A stretch of 51,005 bases of DNA from Luminiphilus sp. (GTDB lineage: Bacteria; Pseudomonadota; Gammaproteobacteria; Pseudomonadales; Halieaceae), in NCBI GenBank assembly GCA_038112515.1, contig JAYNNB010000003.1, positions 1 to 51,005 of the forward strand, read 5' to 3'. Of this stretch, positions 1 to 11,201 are shown piece after piece. Under the pieces are notes generated by a model that had not been told where the DNA came from, made no database searches, and saw only the letters and a program-made list of their open reading frames with translations. Both the position numbers and the translations under genes were made by a program. Position 1 is the stretch's first letter. Every line of letters begins with the position of its first letter.

Positions 1-2
1 TG

Positions 3-431
3 TCTTTCATTGATACCCCTGGCTTTATGGTTGGACCCGACAGCGAGGCGGAGGGTGCGCCGCGGTTAATGTCAGACCTTTTTATCGCGGGAGCCACGCT
101 CACGCAGCCAATCGTTGCGGTTTTTCTTCGTCGCGCCTACGGATTGGGGGCGATGGCAATGACTGGCGGCTCCTTTGAGGTACCGCGTTATGCGGTAAGT
201 TGGCCCCAAGGTGAATTTGGGGCCATGGGTCTAGAGGGAGCTGTTCACTTGGGCTTTAGGCAAGAGCTCGCCGAGGCACCCGATGAGGCAACCCGGCAGG
301 CCTTGTTTGATACCTTACTGGCAGACATGTATGCCAAAGGGCGAGCGACAGAGGCCGCCAGTTACTTGGAGATCGATGCGGTCATCGAACCGCAGGACAC
401 CAGAGCGGTGATCGCTAAGGCGTTGCACTAG
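3..431 (+). CDS. Acyl-CoA carboxylase carboxyltransferase domain, C-terminal part (5'-truncated by window)
   Basis: Frame is open to the window edge: (S)FIDTPGFMVGPDSE...RRAYGLGAMAM...WPQGEFGAMGLEGAV...IDAVIEPQDTR, typical carboxyltransferase motifs. Confidence 0.85.
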   Translation, partial: SFIDTPGFMVGPDSEAEGAPRLMSDLFIAGATLTQPIVAVFLRRAYGLGAMAMTGGSFEVPRYAVSWPQGEFGAMGLEGAVHLGFRQELAEAPDEATRQALFDTLLADMYAKGRATEAASYLEIDAVIEPQDTRAVIAKALH

Positions 432-447
432 CATTGAGGAGGCGCCC

Positions 448-1542
448 CTAGACGTTGAAGCGGAAGTGGATTACGTCGCCATCTGCGACGATGTAATCCT
501 TACCTTCAAGCCGCCAGCGACCCGCATCTTTAGCCCCTTGCTCACCGCGGTGCGCGACATAGTCCTCAAAGCCAATGACTTCGGCGCGGATAAACCCCTT
601 CTGGAAATCCGTATGGATCACTGCCGCTGCCTCAGGTGCTGTCGAACCGACTCGAATTGTCCAGGCGCGGACCTCTTTTGGGCCTGCGGTAAAATAAGTC
701 TGCAGATTCAGTAGCTCGTAACCCGCGCGAATCACGCGATTCAGTCCGGGCTCTTCCATACCCATCTCCGCCAGAAAGTCGACTTTTTCTTCGTCATCCA
801 GCTCGATGATTTCGGACTCGAGTTTGTTGCAGATCACCACCACCGCCGCTCTTTCTGAGAGGGCGTGAGCGCGGACGGCGTCGAGGTGCGGGTTATTGTC
901 AAACCCGTCCTCGGCCACATTGGCCACGTACATCGTCGGTTTGCTGGTGAGCAAATGTAGGCCTTTGACGATTTTCTTTTCGTTGTCCGAGAACTCCAGC
1001 GCTCGCACCGGCAGCGCCTCATTCAGATGGGGTAGGAGCTTATCTTCCAGCAGTCCCTTCAGGGCAATCGCATCCTTGTCCCCGCTTTTCGCGGTGCGAA
1101 TCACCTTGGTCAGTTGTTTTTCGCAGGACTCAAGGTCTGCCAGCGCAAGCTCGGTATTAATGGTTTCGATGTCAGCCAACGGGTCTATTCGATTGGCAAC
1201 GTGAATGACGTTGGGATCTTCGAAACAGCGCACAACGTGCGCAATGGCGTCGGTTTCTCTAATGTTGGCGAGAAACTGGTTGCCCAGCCCTTCACCTTTC
1301 GAGGCGCCCGCTACAAGCCCTGCAATATCGACGAATTCCATCGTGGCGGGAATACTGCGTTCCGGATTAACCAGATTGGCAATTTCGCCCTGACGAGGAT
1401 CCGGAACCGCCACAACGCCGGTGTTGGGCTCAATCGTGCAAAAGGGAAAGTTTTCTGCATCGATGCCTGCTTGGGTGAGCGCATTAAACAGCGTGGATTT
1501 GCCAACATTGGGCAATCCAACAATGCCACACTGTATTCCCAT
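448..1542 (-). CDS. ychF: Redox-regulated ribosome-binding ATPase YchF
   Basis: [28 protein letters not shown]-terminal TGS domain; follows pth. Confidence 0.97.
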   Translation of the reverse strand: MGIQCGIVGLPNVGKSTLFNALTQAGIDAENFPFCTIEPNTGVVAVPDPRQGEIANLVNPERSIPATMEFVDIAGLVAGASKGEGLGNQFLANIRETDAIAHVVRCFEDPNVIHVANRIDPLADIETINTELALADLESCEKQLTKVIRTAKSGDKDAIALKGLLEDKLLPHLNEALPVRALEFSDNEKKIVKGLHLLTSKPTMYVANVAEDGFDNNPHLDAVRAHALSERAAVVVICNKLESEIIELDDEEKVDFLAEMGMEEPGLNRVIRAGYELLNLQTYFTAGPKEVRAWTIRVGSTAPEAAAVIHTDFQKGFIRAEVIGFEDYVAHRGEQGAKDAGRWRLEGKDYIVADGDVIHFRFNV

Positions 1543-1547
1543 AGTGC

Positions 1548-2156
1548 TCAGTCCTTTTCGTTCAAAGGGGGTTGATGATGCTCGCTGTGGAGCGCGGTCA
1601 TGGCTTTTACAGGCTCCCCGTCGAGCAGCAATGGCAGGGCAGCCATTGCTGCGTCAATACTGCACTCGATGGCGGTCTGGTCTGCGCTAGCGGCTTTGCT
1701 CAACACCCAGGCTGACACCTGCTTGGCGGAGCCGGGATGCCCTATGCCGATCCGTAATCGCCAGAAGTCCTTGCGCCCTCCCAGGGCAGGTATCACGTCG
1801 CGTAGCCCATTGTGACCCCCATGCCCGCCATCATGCTTGATGCGTGATTCGCCGGGTGGAATGTCGAGTTCGTCGTGGGCGATCAGGATTTCCGCTGCAT
1901 CAATCCGATAATAATTGGCCATGGCTGCCACCGAACGGCCACTCTCGTTCATAAACGTATGCGGCACCAGCAGTCTGAGATCATGGCCGGCAACTGAACC
2001 CCTGGCCGCATCCCCGAAAGCATTCCGGTCTGCAGACCAGGTAAGGCCATACTTTGTCGCAAGACGGCGCACAAAAAAGGCACCGGCGTTATGCCGAGTG
2101 CCTTCGTATTGAGTGCCGGGGTTGCCTAGCCCGACAATAAGTCGGATGGCAGACAC
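1548..2156 (-). CDS. pth: Peptidyl-tRNA hydrolase
   Basis: LIVGLGNPG...[20 protein letters not shown]; GTG start. Confidence 0.97.
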   Translation of the reverse strand: MSAIRLIVGLGNPGTQYEGTRHNAGAFFVRRLATKYGLTWSADRNAFGDAARGSVAGHDLRLLVPHTFMNESGRSVAAMANYYRIDAAEILIAHDELDIPPGESRIKHDGGHGGHNGLRDVIPALGGRKDFWRLRIGIGHPGSAKQVSAWVLSKAASADQTAIECSIDAAMAALPLLLDGEPVKAMTALHSEHHQPPLNEKD

Positions 2157-2163
2157 GGTTTAA

Positions 2164-2847
2164 TCAGCCCTCGTCAACGGTATCGTCCGACTCCGCCGCA
2201 TCATCGCTGGCGCCATCACTCTCGTCACCAGAGGCTTCCTCATCGGCGCTCGCTTCTTTAGTGCCTCGGGGCGCGATCACAGAAGCAATTGCCAGATCGT
2301 GGTCCTCACCTAACTCCAGCGCGGTAGAGGTAACACCCTCGGGGAGCGAAATATCAGAAAGATGGACAATCTGACCGAGTTCGACCGCCAGCATGTCCAC
2401 TTCGAGGTATTCCGGCAGATCCTTCGGCAGACACTGCACCTCAATGTCCGTAGCCTGCTTCTGGATCATCCCGCCGCCCAACTTGACCCCTGCGCATTGC
2501 TCTTCATTGATAAAGTGCAAGGGCACATTCACTTTGATGGCCTGATCCATGCGCACGCGCAGGAAATCTGCGTGCATCGGGAATCCCTTGGCCGGGTGGC
2601 GCTGAATATCCTTGATAATGGCGTTGTGAGTATCGTCTCCCACTTTCACTTCAAGGATTGAGCTGAAACACGCCTCATTCTCGAGCATGTGCTCAAAATC
2701 CTTGCGGATAAGGGTCAAACTTTGCGCGGGTTGATCGCCTCCATAAATGATGGCGGGAATTTTTCCCTCGAGACGACGCAGGCGGCGGCTCGCACCTTTC
2801 CCCGCGTCGGCTCGCGCCTCTGCAACTACAATAAAAGCATCAGACAT
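2164..2847 (-). CDS. rplY: 50S ribosomal protein L25/Ctc (long form with acidic tail)
   Basis: GKGASRRLRR, IPAIIYGG, QRHP..HADFLR, VPLHF; SD AAGGAG; prs-rplY-pth synteny. Confidence 0.96.
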   Translation of the reverse strand: MSDAFIVVAEARADAGKGASRRLRRLEGKIPAIIYGGDQPAQSLTLIRKDFEHMLENEACFSSILEVKVGDDTHNAIIKDIQRHPAKGFPMHADFLRVRMDQAIKVNVPLHFINEEQCAGVKLGGGMIQKQATDIEVQCLPKDLPEYLEVDMLAVELGQIVHLSDISLPEGVTSTALELGEDHDLAIASVIAPRGTKEASADEEASGDESDGASDDAAESDDTVDEG

Positions 2848-2866
2848 CGTCTTGCTCCTTTATAAA

Positions 2867-2897
2867 CACCACGTTGTCTGCGACCGACTCGGTGGTG
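2867..2897 (-). promoter_or_regulatory. Candidate L25 (rplY) autoregulatory leader hairpin
   Basis: Minus strand reads CACCAC-CGA-GTC-GGTCGCA-GAC-AAC-GTGGTG just upstream of the rplY SD. Confidence 0.6.
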
Positions 2898-2914
2898 GGT
2901 GGGTAAAACACTGT

Positions 2915-3868
2915 TCAGGATAGGTCGAACAGTGCACTAATTGATTCTTCATTGCTGACCCGGCGAATGGACTCTGCCAACAGATCAGCGATCGTGAGCT
3001 GGCGAATTTTTCCTACCGCTAAAGCCTCAGGTGACAGTGGGATGGTGTCGGTCACTACTAACTCATCGAGTTGCGAATTTTTGATGTTATCCAGCGCTTT
3101 TCCGGATAGCACAGCATGGGTGCAGTAGGAGACCACTTTGACCGCGCCGCGCTCTTTAAGCGCATTGGCGGCGGTGCACAGCGTTCCTGCAGTGTCCACC
3201 ATATCGTCCACCAAGATGGCGGTGCGGCCCTCAACATCACCAATCAGGTTCATCACCTCTGCCTCATTGGCTCTCGGGCGACGTTTATCGATTATCGCCA
3301 GATCAGCATCGTCCAACTGCTTTGCAATTGCGCGCGCTCGAACGACGCCGCCGATATCCGGTGAGACGACAATGACATTGTCATGGTTACAACGCGCAAT
3401 ATCAGCATTCAGGATAGAAGAGGCGTAAACGTTATCCACGGGTACTGTGAAGAACCCCTGAATCTGCTCTGCGTGCAGGTCAACGGTTAAAACGCGGTCC
3501 ACTCCAACGCCAACCATAGTATCGGCAACCACTTTCGCTGAGATGGGCACGCGAGCCGATCGAACCCGACGATCCTGCCGTGCATAACCAAAGTAGGGCA
3601 CCACTGCGGTAATGCGCCCTGCTGATGCCCGGCGCAATGCATCGATCATTAGGAGCAATTCAATGATGTTGTCGTTGGTCGGGTGGCAGGTGCTCTGGAG
3701 CACAAAAACGTCTTTTCCGCGGACATTCTCATTGAGTTCAACGGTGATTTCGCCATCAGAAAATTTGCTGACGGCAGCGTTACCCAGCGCCAGATAAAGC
3801 CTGTCCGCAACTTTTCGGGCGAGTGCGGGATTGGCATTCCCCGTAAACACCATCATTTTTGATGACAT
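2915..3868 (-). CDS. prs: Ribose-phosphate pyrophosphokinase
   Basis: [51 protein letters not shown]. Confidence 0.98.
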   Translation of the reverse strand: MSSKMMVFTGNANPALARKVADRLYLALGNAAVSKFSDGEITVELNENVRGKDVFVLQSTCHPTNDNIIELLLMIDALRRASAGRITAVVPYFGYARQDRRVRSARVPISAKVVADTMVGVGVDRVLTVDLHAEQIQGFFTVPVDNVYASSILNADIARCNHDNVIVVSPDIGGVVRARAIAKQLDDADLAIIDKRRPRANEAEVMNLIGDVEGRTAILVDDMVDTAGTLCTAANALKERGAVKVVSYCTHAVLSGKALDNIKNSQLDELVVTDTIPLSPEALAVGKIRQLTIADLLAESIRRVSNEESISALFDLS

Positions 3869-3892
3869 GCGCTTTACCTCACGCGATTGAAA

Positions 3893-3967
3893 TGGCTGGG
3901 GCGGGAGGATTCGAACCTCCGAATGGCGGGATCAAAACCCGCTGCCTTGCCACTTGGCGACGCCCCA
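3893..3967 (-). tRNA. tRNA-Gln (anticodon TTG)
   Basis: Minus strand TGGGGCGTCGCCAAGTGGCAAGGCAGCGGGTTTTGATCCCGCCATTCGGAGGTTCGAATCCTCCCGCCCCAGCCA: 7-bp acceptor stem, GCGGG/CCCGC anticodon stem with TTG, GTTCGAATC T-loop, encoded CCA; usual ispE-tRNAGln-prs position. Confidence 0.97.
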
Positions 3968-3977
3968 ATAAAAATTG

Positions 3978-4808
3978 TTACTGCACTTCCCGAATCTCTG
4001 GAAGCTGGTCAACTCCCTCGGCCACAAAAACAGTCAGGCCGACCGGAGCCTTAGCTGCGATGCGATGCGCTTCTGCCTCGCTCTCAAAAGCTGCAAAAAC
4101 GCAGGCACCGCTGCCAGTCATGAGGGGGTGGTTGGCCTCACTCGCCAACCATTCCCAAGCCCATCTAATTTCCGGGTACAGCGACATGGCGACGGGTTGT
4201 AAATCGTTGCGCGCCGACCCTGAAAAAAAGGCCTGCACTGTAATGGGCGCGGTGTGGCGTGTCAATTCAGGATGACCGAAGATTTCGGCAGTACTCACCT
4301 CACATTGGGGCCTGGCGATGAGATACCACCGTTTGGGTAATGTGAGTGGAGATAACCGGTCACCGACACCCTCAGCCCAGGCACTGCGGCCGAGCAGAAA
4401 TACACCGACATCAGCCCCCAGGTTTGCGCCAATCGCCATGAGTTGATCCTGATTCATATCCAACTCCCAGAGGCGATTGAGTGCGAGTAGTGTCATGGCT
4501 GCGTTAGAGCTGCCACCGCCCAGCCCACCCCCTCGCGGGATCTCTTTCCGTACATGGATCCGGGCGCCTTTGTCGGTTCGTCCAAGCGCATGAGCGGCCC
4601 GCAGAATCAAATTGTCGGCGGCAAGCAAGTCGTTGGTATCGCCGGACAATGTCACACCCGCACTGTCGGTCAGCTCAAAGGTCATTTCGTCACCCCAGTT
4701 CAGCAACTGGAAGACCGTTTGAAGCGTGTGGTAGCCGTCCTCCCTGCGTCCCGTCACGTGAAGAAAGAGATTGAGCTTGGCAGGTGAGCAGAGGCGGAGC
4801 GTTTTCAT
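3978..4808 (-). CDS. ispE: 4-diphosphocytidyl-2-C-methyl-D-erythritol kinase
   Basis: SPAKLNLFLHV, GGGLGGGSSNAA, GADV, MTGSGACVF; start reset to the ATG at 4808 (TGATG coupling with lolB) rather than 5027. Confidence 0.95.
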   Translation of the reverse strand: MKTLRLCSPAKLNLFLHVTGRREDGYHTLQTVFQLLNWGDEMTFELTDSAGVTLSGDTNDLLAADNLILRAAHALGRTDKGARIHVRKEIPRGGGLGGGSSNAAMTLLALNRLWELDMNQDQLMAIGANLGADVGVFLLGRSAWAEGVGDRLSPLTLPKRWYLIARPQCEVSTAEIFGHPELTRHTAPITVQAFFSGSARNDLQPVAMSLYPEIRWAWEWLASEANHPLMTGSGACVFAAFESEAEAHRIAAKAPVGLTVFVAEGVDQLPEIREVQ

Positions 4809-5386
4809 CAGAGCGGCCTTATCTCCCAAGTCGAGATAAAGATCTTGACGGAGACTCCGTCTCCCGCAATGTGTATTTGCTCCGGGAGCATCCATGAAGA
4901 CGCCGCTTGCCAAGTCAGCACCTCCACCTGCCAGTTTTTGGATTGCTCCGGGTAGCCGAGTAGCCAGTGGGCCATGGTCTCCGGGTTTTGCATAGCCAGC
5001 AGGCGCAGCGGTGGTGCCTGTGCCCACGCCTCCGAAAGCGCCCGCGCTTCCTCTCCGTCCCGCCAGGTAAGGCTTTCTCCCTTACGTTCCAGTACTTGCC
5101 GATTGATCGAAAAGGGACCGGACAAGACCACCGTGTCGTGGTTCAGGTCGTGGCGATGCCATTTAAAACGCGCGGTATGGGTTTCTCCCTCCGCGCTCAC
5201 CGCCAACTTGCCGGCGGCTTTCCATGGACTGAGTTCCACAGGCGCTCTGGTCGAACTACCAGAATTACCGTCGGGTTGTGTCAAATCCTTACTAACGCAG
5301 CTCAGGAATGATGCCATGCTGATGAGCAACAGTAAGGGCGTGAGGCGGAAATCGGTAAGCTGAAGCTCTCTCAGCCAGCAGATCAT
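4808..5386 (-). CDS. lolB: Outer-membrane lipoprotein insertase LolB
   Basis: Lipobox FLSC, W...GKLAV, F.W, LSGP, WLLG; conserved position between the TPR gene and ispE; start uncertain. Confidence 0.8.
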   Translation of the reverse strand: MICWLRELQLTDFRLTPLLLLISMASFLSCVSKDLTQPDGNSGSSTRAPVELSPWKAAGKLAVSAEGETHTARFKWHRHDLNHDTVVLSGPFSINRQVLERKGESLTWRDGEEARALSEAWAQAPPLRLLAMQNPETMAHWLLGYPEQSKNWQVEVLTWQAASSWMLPEQIHIAGDGVSVKIFISTWEIRPL

Positions 5387-7113
5387 GGCAGGTCCGCACC
5401 GAGCCGTTCGGCCGCCTCCACAATAATGGGGTGTTCAGGGACGCGCTTAAGGCCATCTCTCCAAACGTCTTTAGCTTCTATTTGCCGCCCCTGCACCCAC
5501 AGCACCTCCCCGAGGTGAGCCGCGACCTCTGGGTCGGGAAAAGCCAGATGAGCGCGCCGCAGTAGCGCCTCGGACTGCTCAAAATGCCCCAGCTTGTAAT
5601 AAACCCAGCCCAGACTGTCCAGGATGGCAGGGTCGCCCGGTGAGATCATCAGGGCGCGCTCTATCAGCTCGGCCGCCTCTTCAAATCGCTGCGTGTGGTT
5701 GGTTAGCGTGTACCCCAAAGCGTTGAGCGTCGCAGCATGATCGGGATCCTGCGCGAGGATACTGCGCAGATCCTCCTCCATTTCAGTGAACGACCCCGCG
5801 GCTTCGTGGACCATCGCGCGGCCGTAGAGCAGGGAAAACGAGTGAGGGAAAGCCGTCAATCCCCTGTCATACGCCCGCAAAGATTCGCCTTTCCAGTCTT
5901 TGAGCGCGTCAGCCTCTAGGAGGAACAGTTGCTCCGCGGAGGTGGGGTAACGTTGCCGCTGATCGGCGAAAAATGACTTAATGTCGCTGGCGAATGCGGT
6001 ATCCACCAGTAGCTGTGCCGCCCTGGACTTTGCATCGCTGAATTCCCTGGAAGGGCTCACCGCACCAAAGGCTGCTATTGCGTCTGGGTACTGATCCCGC
6101 AGCGCGGCAATGCGACCCTTGTAGTAGTGCGCTTCATTCAGGCGCTCCTCAAGCAAGATCAGATGGTTAAATTTCTCCAGCGCATCGTCGAGGTACTGCA
6201 GCTCAAATTCGAGCATGGCCGAGGTGGCAAGAAGTTCAGGGTTGTCGGGTTCTTGTTCGAGCAAAATAGAGAACTGATCCCGCGCAGCGTCATAGTTACC
6301 CTCAGAGCCTAAAAGACGCGCGTACTGAAGGCGCAGCTCCTGATTTTGCGGGAATCTTTCCAGCGTCTCGGCAAGTCGCTGAAAGGGGTCGGGAGTCGAT
6401 TGATCCAGCTGCAGTTGAGTCCACAGCATGACTGCCCTGACGTTCTCGGGATCTCGTGCCAAGACCGGATTCAGGAAATCCTCTGCTCTTGCGGGGTCTT
6501 TTTCTAGCCTGGCCAACAGGCTCGCTGCAATGGCGATCTGATCATCCTTCGGCCACTGCGCCGCGAGATCGAGAATTGCGCCTGCGACGGCTTTCTTGCT
6601 ATCGGGATCGAGTTGCTCGTAGCCCCCAAGATTGCTGGCAACATTTACCGAAACGCCCAGCTCGATAGCCAGACTCGCATACTGCAGTGCTAGAAGGGGA
6701 TTCTGGGTTCGGGCGAGCCAACCCGATGCGGCAGCCGCTGCCGCGCCATCGGTGGGGTCGAGCTCGGCGAGTCGCATTGCCATCGCTGTGGCGCGGTCTG
6801 CGTCATTTACGAACTCCGCCAAACGCAGGGCCCGACGCGCCAGCAGGGGATCTGCGAGTACCACAGCTTGATCGGCGAGCAGTGCAAGTCCATGTTCGAA
6901 ATCTCGAACACGCAGTGCGAACTCTGCCTCGAGGAGTGGCAGCACGCTCGCGTCGGGAATGGGTGTTTCCTCGCGCGCGGGTTGGGTTATTTCTTGTGTC
7001 GCAATCACAGCAACATCCGCGCCTGAGGCACGCGTTTCAGGGGGCTGTGAGGCACAGCTCGTGAGCAGCAGGAGCCCCGCGGAAAGCGTGAGTAACTGTA
7101 AAGCGGTTCTCAT
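5383..7113 (-). CDS. Tetratricopeptide-repeat lipoprotein (conserved hemA-divergent TPR protein)
   Basis: Lipobox LLTSC; TPR motifs LNALGYTL, AILDSLGWVYY, EVAAHLGEVLW; ATG 7113 preferred as start. Confidence 0.88.
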   Translation of the reverse strand: MRTALQLLTLSAGLLLLTSCASQPPETRASGADVAVIATQEITQPAREETPIPDASVLPLLEAEFALRVRDFEHGLALLADQAVVLADPLLARRALRLAEFVNDADRATAMAMRLAELDPTDGAAAAAASGWLARTQNPLLALQYASLAIELGVSVNVASNLGGYEQLDPDSKKAVAGAILDLAAQWPKDDQIAIAASLLARLEKDPARAEDFLNPVLARDPENVRAVMLWTQLQLDQSTPDPFQRLAETLERFPQNQELRLQYARLLGSEGNYDAARDQFSILLEQEPDNPELLATSAMLEFELQYLDDALEKFNHLILLEERLNEAHYYKGRIAALRDQYPDAIAAFGAVSPSREFSDAKSRAAQLLVDTAFASDIKSFFADQRQRYPTSAEQLFLLEADALKDWKGESLRAYDRGLTAFPHSFSLLYGRAMVHEAAGSFTEMEEDLRSILAQDPDHAATLNALGYTLTNHTQRFEEAAELIERALMISPGDPAILDSLGWVYYKLGHFEQSEALLRRAHLAFPDPEVAAHLGEVLWVQGRQIEAKDVWRDGLKRVPEHPIIVEAAERLGADLP

Positions 7114-7169
7114 TGGACCGAGTGCCAAACAGGGATCAATTTCATGGCGGCAAGTTGTTGCAAAGACAG

Positions 7170-7178
7170 TGCTATGAT
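7170..7178 (+). promoter_or_regulatory. Putative extended -10 promoter for hemA-prfA-prmC-moeB
   Basis: TG-C-TATGAT about 40 nt upstream of the hemA ATG. Confidence 0.45.
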
Positions 7179-7217
7179 AGCAACTTGTGGTGGTTGGCGA
7201 GGGTATTGACCGCGGCC

Positions 7218-8528
7218 ATGTTAGATAAATTGGTGGTAGTAGGCGTTAATCATGACTCCGCTTCCGTTGCGTTGCGCGAGCAGATTGCCTTTGCGCCCGA
7301 AAAAGTCCACGAATCGCTGGGCGCGTTGATCCGAGATACCGCGGTCAGCGAGGCTGTCATCTTGTCCACGTGTAATCGCACCGAGCTCTATGGGGTGCTA
7401 TCAAGCCCTGGAGCGGGTGTTGATACTGGCGACCAGCTTGCTCAATGGCTCGCCCATCATCATGCTGTTGACATCAACCAACTACTCCCCTGTGTCTATC
7501 GTAGTCATGGGCTCTCAGCAGCCTCTCATCTGGTGAGGGTTGCCGCAGGTCTTAACTCTATGGTCCTCGGAGAGCCGCAAATTTTTGGGCAGATGAAGTC
7601 CGCTTTCGCAGTAGCCCAGGAGGCTGGCGCCGTGGGCTTTCATATGAATACGATCTTCCCAGAGGCATTCCGCATCGCCAAAAAAGTGCGTACCGATACG
7701 GCGATTGGAGAGAATCCCGTGTCGGTGGCCTACGCGGCCGTTGACTTGGCACGCCAAATTTTCAGCGATATGCAGCGTAGCACCGCATTATTGTTGGGGG
7801 CGGGCGAGACAATTGAGTTAGTGGCACGCCATCTGGGTGACGCAGGTCTGGGTAAGCTAATTATCGCCAATCGTACTCTGGAGCGCGCGGAGCAACTGGC
7901 GTCTCAATTTGACGCGGAAGCGATTCTTCTGGCCGATGTCACCGAACGGTTACATGAAGCCGATATCGTGATTAGTTCTACGGGCAGCCAGCTACCGATC
8001 GTGGGTAAGGGAATGGTGGAAGGAGCGGTTCGGGCAAGACGGTGGCGACCTGTACTTATGATCGACTTGGCCGTACCGCGGGATATCGAGCCCCAGGTTT
8101 CGGAAATTTCAGATGTTTATCTGTACACCGTCGATGATATGCGCGAGGTCATTGAGGAAAATCTGCGATTGAGGGCGTCGGAAGCCAGCAAAGCCGACGA
8201 AATTGTTGCCAGCGGTATTGAGGCGCTTCGAGAAGGGCTTTTGGAGCGTCAGTCAGCCGACGTGGTCAGAACCTATCGAGATTCAGCATTGGCTATGCAG
8301 CAGGCGGAGTTGCAAAAAGCACTGAAGATGTTGGAGCGCGGAATGGCCGCTGAAGAGGTCCTCAGTCGACTCGCCCGCGATTTGACGAATAAACTCATCC
8401 ACGCGCCGACCGCAGGTCTCAGGCAGCTTGCCAAGGATGGGGGGAAACAGGACGTTTCAAAAATGGCTGCGGTCCTGGGTCTGACCGAGTTCGAGGAAGA
8501 GCGCGATGAGGGCACGACGCTACAATAG
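7218..8528 (+). CDS. hemA: Glutamyl-tRNA reductase
   Basis: [36 protein letters not shown]; start at ATG 7218. Confidence 0.97.
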   Translation: MLDKLVVVGVNHDSASVALREQIAFAPEKVHESLGALIRDTAVSEAVILSTCNRTELYGVLSSPGAGVDTGDQLAQWLAHHHAVDINQLLPCVYRSHGLSAASHLVRVAAGLNSMVLGEPQIFGQMKSAFAVAQEAGAVGFHMNTIFPEAFRIAKKVRTDTAIGENPVSVAYAAVDLARQIFSDMQRSTALLLGAGETIELVARHLGDAGLGKLIIANRTLERAEQLASQFDAEAILLADVTERLHEADIVISSTGSQLPIVGKGMVEGAVRARRWRPVLMIDLAVPRDIEPQVSEISDVYLYTVDDMREVIEENLRLRASEASKADEIVASGIEALREGLLERQSADVVRTYRDSALAMQQAELQKALKMLERGMAAEEVLSRLARDLTNKLIHAPTAGLRQLAKDGGKQDVSKMAAVLGLTEFEEERDEGTTLQ

Positions 8529-8548
8529 CGACGTGTCGAAGCGACCCG

Positions 8549-9634
8549 GTGAAGCCCTCTTTACTTTCCAAGCTGGAGAACCTTGCTGATCGACATCAGG
8601 AAGTGGCAGCGTTGTTGGGCGATCCGCAAGTCATCGAGGATCAGTCGCAATTCAGAGAGTTATCTCGAGAATTTTCCCATCTCAATGAGGTGGTAACCCA
8701 GTTTCGTCACTGGACGACGTTGCAGGCCACTCTCGTTGATGCGCGCGAGATGTTGGGTGACGCCGACCCGGAGCTTCGAACCCTCGCTCAGGATGAGATT
8801 ACTGATGCCGAGACCGCTGTGGTAGAGGTTGAATCAGCGCTGCAAGTTTTGCTCTTGCCTCAGGATCCCAACGATGCTGGCAATGTGTTTCTTGAAATTC
8901 GTGCGGGTACCGGGGGCGACGAAGCCGCGATCTTTTCCGGCGATCTCTTTCGCATGTATCACCGGTATGCCGAACAAAAAGGATGGTCAATAGAAGTTAT
9001 GTCGGAGCGGGCGGGGGACCACGGTGGGTATAAAGAGCTGATATCCCGCGTGGTGGGTCAGGACGTATACGCGCACCTCAAATTCGAGTCAGGGGCTCAT
9101 CGAGTACAGCGCGTGCCGGAAACGGAATCTCAGGGGCGCATCCATACCTCGGCGTGCACGGTAGCTGTATTACCCGAAGTTGAGGAAATCGATAGTGTCG
9201 ATATTCGCAAGGAAGATCTTCGTGTTGATACTTTTCGATCGTCGGGGGCGGGTGGCCAGCACGTGAACACTACGGATTCGGCCGTGCGTCTCACCCACAT
9301 TCCCACCGGTATTGTTGTGGAGTGTCAGGACGAGCGATCACAACACAAAAATCGCGCCAGAGCGCTGTCCCTGCTTCAAGCGCGATTGTTGTCAGCGGAA
9401 CAGGAAAGCCAGCGCGCGTCTCAAGCCTCTCAGCGGCGCTCATTGGTCGGTTCAGGCGATCGCTCTGAGCGCATTCGAACTTACAATTTTCCCCAGGGAC
9501 GGGTCACGGACCATCGAATTAATCTGACGCTCTACAAACTGGATGAGGTCACGCAAGGCGATCTGGATCCCTTGATTATTCCGTTGCGCCAGGAGCATCA
9601 GGCGGATCAATTGGCTGCGATGGCTGAAGAATGA
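8549..9634 (+). CDS. prfA: Peptide chain release factor 1
   Basis: [20 protein letters not shown] (PxT), GAGGQHVN; GTG start. Confidence 0.98.
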   Translation: MKPSLLSKLENLADRHQEVAALLGDPQVIEDQSQFRELSREFSHLNEVVTQFRHWTTLQATLVDAREMLGDADPELRTLAQDEITDAETAVVEVESALQVLLLPQDPNDAGNVFLEIRAGTGGDEAAIFSGDLFRMYHRYAEQKGWSIEVMSERAGDHGGYKELISRVVGQDVYAHLKFESGAHRVQRVPETESQGRIHTSACTVAVLPEVEEIDSVDIRKEDLRVDTFRSSGAGGQHVNTTDSAVRLTHIPTGIVVECQDERSQHKNRARALSLLQARLLSAEQESQRASQASQRRSLVGSGDRSERIRTYNFPQGRVTDHRINLTLYKLDEVTQGDLDPLIIPLRQEHQADQLAAMAEE

Positions 9635-10440
9635 CCGTGACTGACCTCCTCCGCGATGTCGCGATCGCGCGGCAGGAAGCGGAGGTGTTACTTGCCAGCT
9701 TCCTCGAAGTCGATCGAGGCTGGATTTTTGCCCACGCGGACAAGCAGCTCGACGAGGCGTGTATTGACCGGTTTAGGCAGGGTGTTGCCGCGCGAGCGGC
9801 GGGTAAACCTTTGGCCTATGTGTTGGGTTATCGCGATTTTTGGACCCTGCGGCTGAGGGTTAATAGTGATGTACTGATTCCGCGCAGAGAGACCGAGCAC
9901 TTGGTTGAATGGGCTGATGAATGCATCATAAATGGCGCGCGACGGGTGCTCGATCTCGGCACCGGGAGTGGAGCAATCGCCCTGTCGTGTAAGTCAGAGC
10001 ACCCTGACGCGGAACTTTGCGCCGTTGATTCCAGCGCCGGGGCACTGGCTTGCGCCCGAGCCAACGGTCACGCTCTCGGTCTTAGCGTTGATTGGCGCGA
10101 GGGAGACTGGTTTGAGCCGGTCCGTGGTACGCGTTGGCAGCTGATCCTCTCAAATCCTCCCTACATCGCTGCCAATGACCCTCATCTGTATGCGGGAGAC
10201 TTGCCTGAAGAACCGCCCAGCGCTTTGATTGCCGGCAAAACCGGGCTGGAATCCTTGCAGCACATTATTGAGCAGGCCCCAGACTTTCTTGATCATGAGG
10301 GATGGCTTTTATTGGAGCACGGCTTTGATCAGGCGGACCCCGTGCGAGAGGCACTTTCTATTGCCGGATTTACACAAATATCGACGCGACGGGATTGGTC
10401 AGGGCAGGAGCGCGTAACGGGCGGCCAATGGGTGAACTGA
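9631..10440 (+). CDS. prmC: Release factor glutamine methyltransferase
   Basis: [23 protein letters not shown]; follows prfA. Confidence 0.96.
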   Translation: MTVTDLLRDVAIARQEAEVLLASFLEVDRGWIFAHADKQLDEACIDRFRQGVAARAAGKPLAYVLGYRDFWTLRLRVNSDVLIPRRETEHLVEWADECIINGARRVLDLGTGSGAIALSCKSEHPDAELCAVDSSAGALACARANGHALGLSVDWREGDWFEPVRGTRWQLILSNPPYIAANDPHLYAGDLPEEPPSALIAGKTGLESLQHIIEQAPDFLDHEGWLLLEHGFDQADPVREALSIAGFTQISTRRDWSGQERVTGGQWVN

Positions 10441-11183
10441 CCGATCAACAGTTGAGTCGTTATGCGCGGCAGCTGATTTTGCCGGACGTCGATCTCGAGG
10501 GGCAGCGGCGCTTAATGGACAGCAGTGTGCTGATAGTGGGTGCCGGTGGCTTGGGCTGTCCGCTGGCCCAGTACCTTTCTGGTGCGGGCGTCGGTCATAT
10601 TCGACTGGCTGACGATGATCGCGTTGAACTTAGCAATTTACCGCGACAGGTAGCTTTCTCTGAATCAGATATGGGTCGCTTGAAGGTCGAGGCTCTGGCG
10701 GAGCACTTATCGAGCGCCAACGGTGATACCAAAATTGATTCAAGAGCCCAGAAGTTTGACACGGACAGTGCATCTTCGATGCTCAGTGACATGGATTTAG
10801 TCATCGACGCTACCGACTCGCTGGGCACGCGTCTCGAAATTGATCGTGCGACATTTCACGCGGGCCTGCCTTGGATTATGGGGGCGGCCGTCCGGATGGC
10901 GGGGCAATGGGTCGCTTTCGATGCTGACCGACAATTCGGCTGTTATCACTGCCTCATTACTGAACCTGCCGAAGCAGACGGCCCCGGGTGCGCGCAACTG
11001 GGCATATTGGGTCCGGTAGCAGGTTTGGTGGCAATGCAGCAAAGTATCGTGGCGATACGCCTACTGCTGGGTCTTCCTGTTCGATGGGGGGCACTGCAGA
11101 TTGTTGATGTCTGGTCGGGGGATCATCGGGAAATCACGATCAGCAAAAGGCCGGAATGTTCTCTGTGTCGGGCCTCGCGGTAA
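10428..11183 (+). CDS. moeB: MoeB/ThiF-family adenylyltransferase
   Basis: RYARQLIL, VGAGGLG, SNLPRQ, two CxxC Zn motifs (CYHC, CSLC); start at ATG 10428. Confidence 0.85.
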   Translation: MGELTDQQLSRYARQLILPDVDLEGQRRLMDSSVLIVGAGGLGCPLAQYLSGAGVGHIRLADDDRVELSNLPRQVAFSESDMGRLKVEALAEHLSSANGDTKIDSRAQKFDTDSASSMLSDMDLVIDATDSLGTRLEIDRATFHAGLPWIMGAAVRMAGQWVAFDADRQFGCYHCLITEPAEADGPGCAQLGILGPVAGLVAMQQSIVAIRLLLGLPVRWGALQIVDVWSGDHREITISKRPECSLCRASR

Positions 11184-11201
11184 TGCCTCTAGCTGCCGCA
11201 C

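Noticed and set aside
3880-3980. tRNA-Gln as a possible integration site
   Set aside because: No integrase, no duplicated tRNA 3' end and no foreign genes; flanks are the canonical ispE and prs
4809-5027. 73-codon N-terminal extension of the ispE ORF
   Set aside because: It lies inside lolB in another frame. IspE homology begins at MKTLRLCSPAK, with TGATG coupling at 4808.
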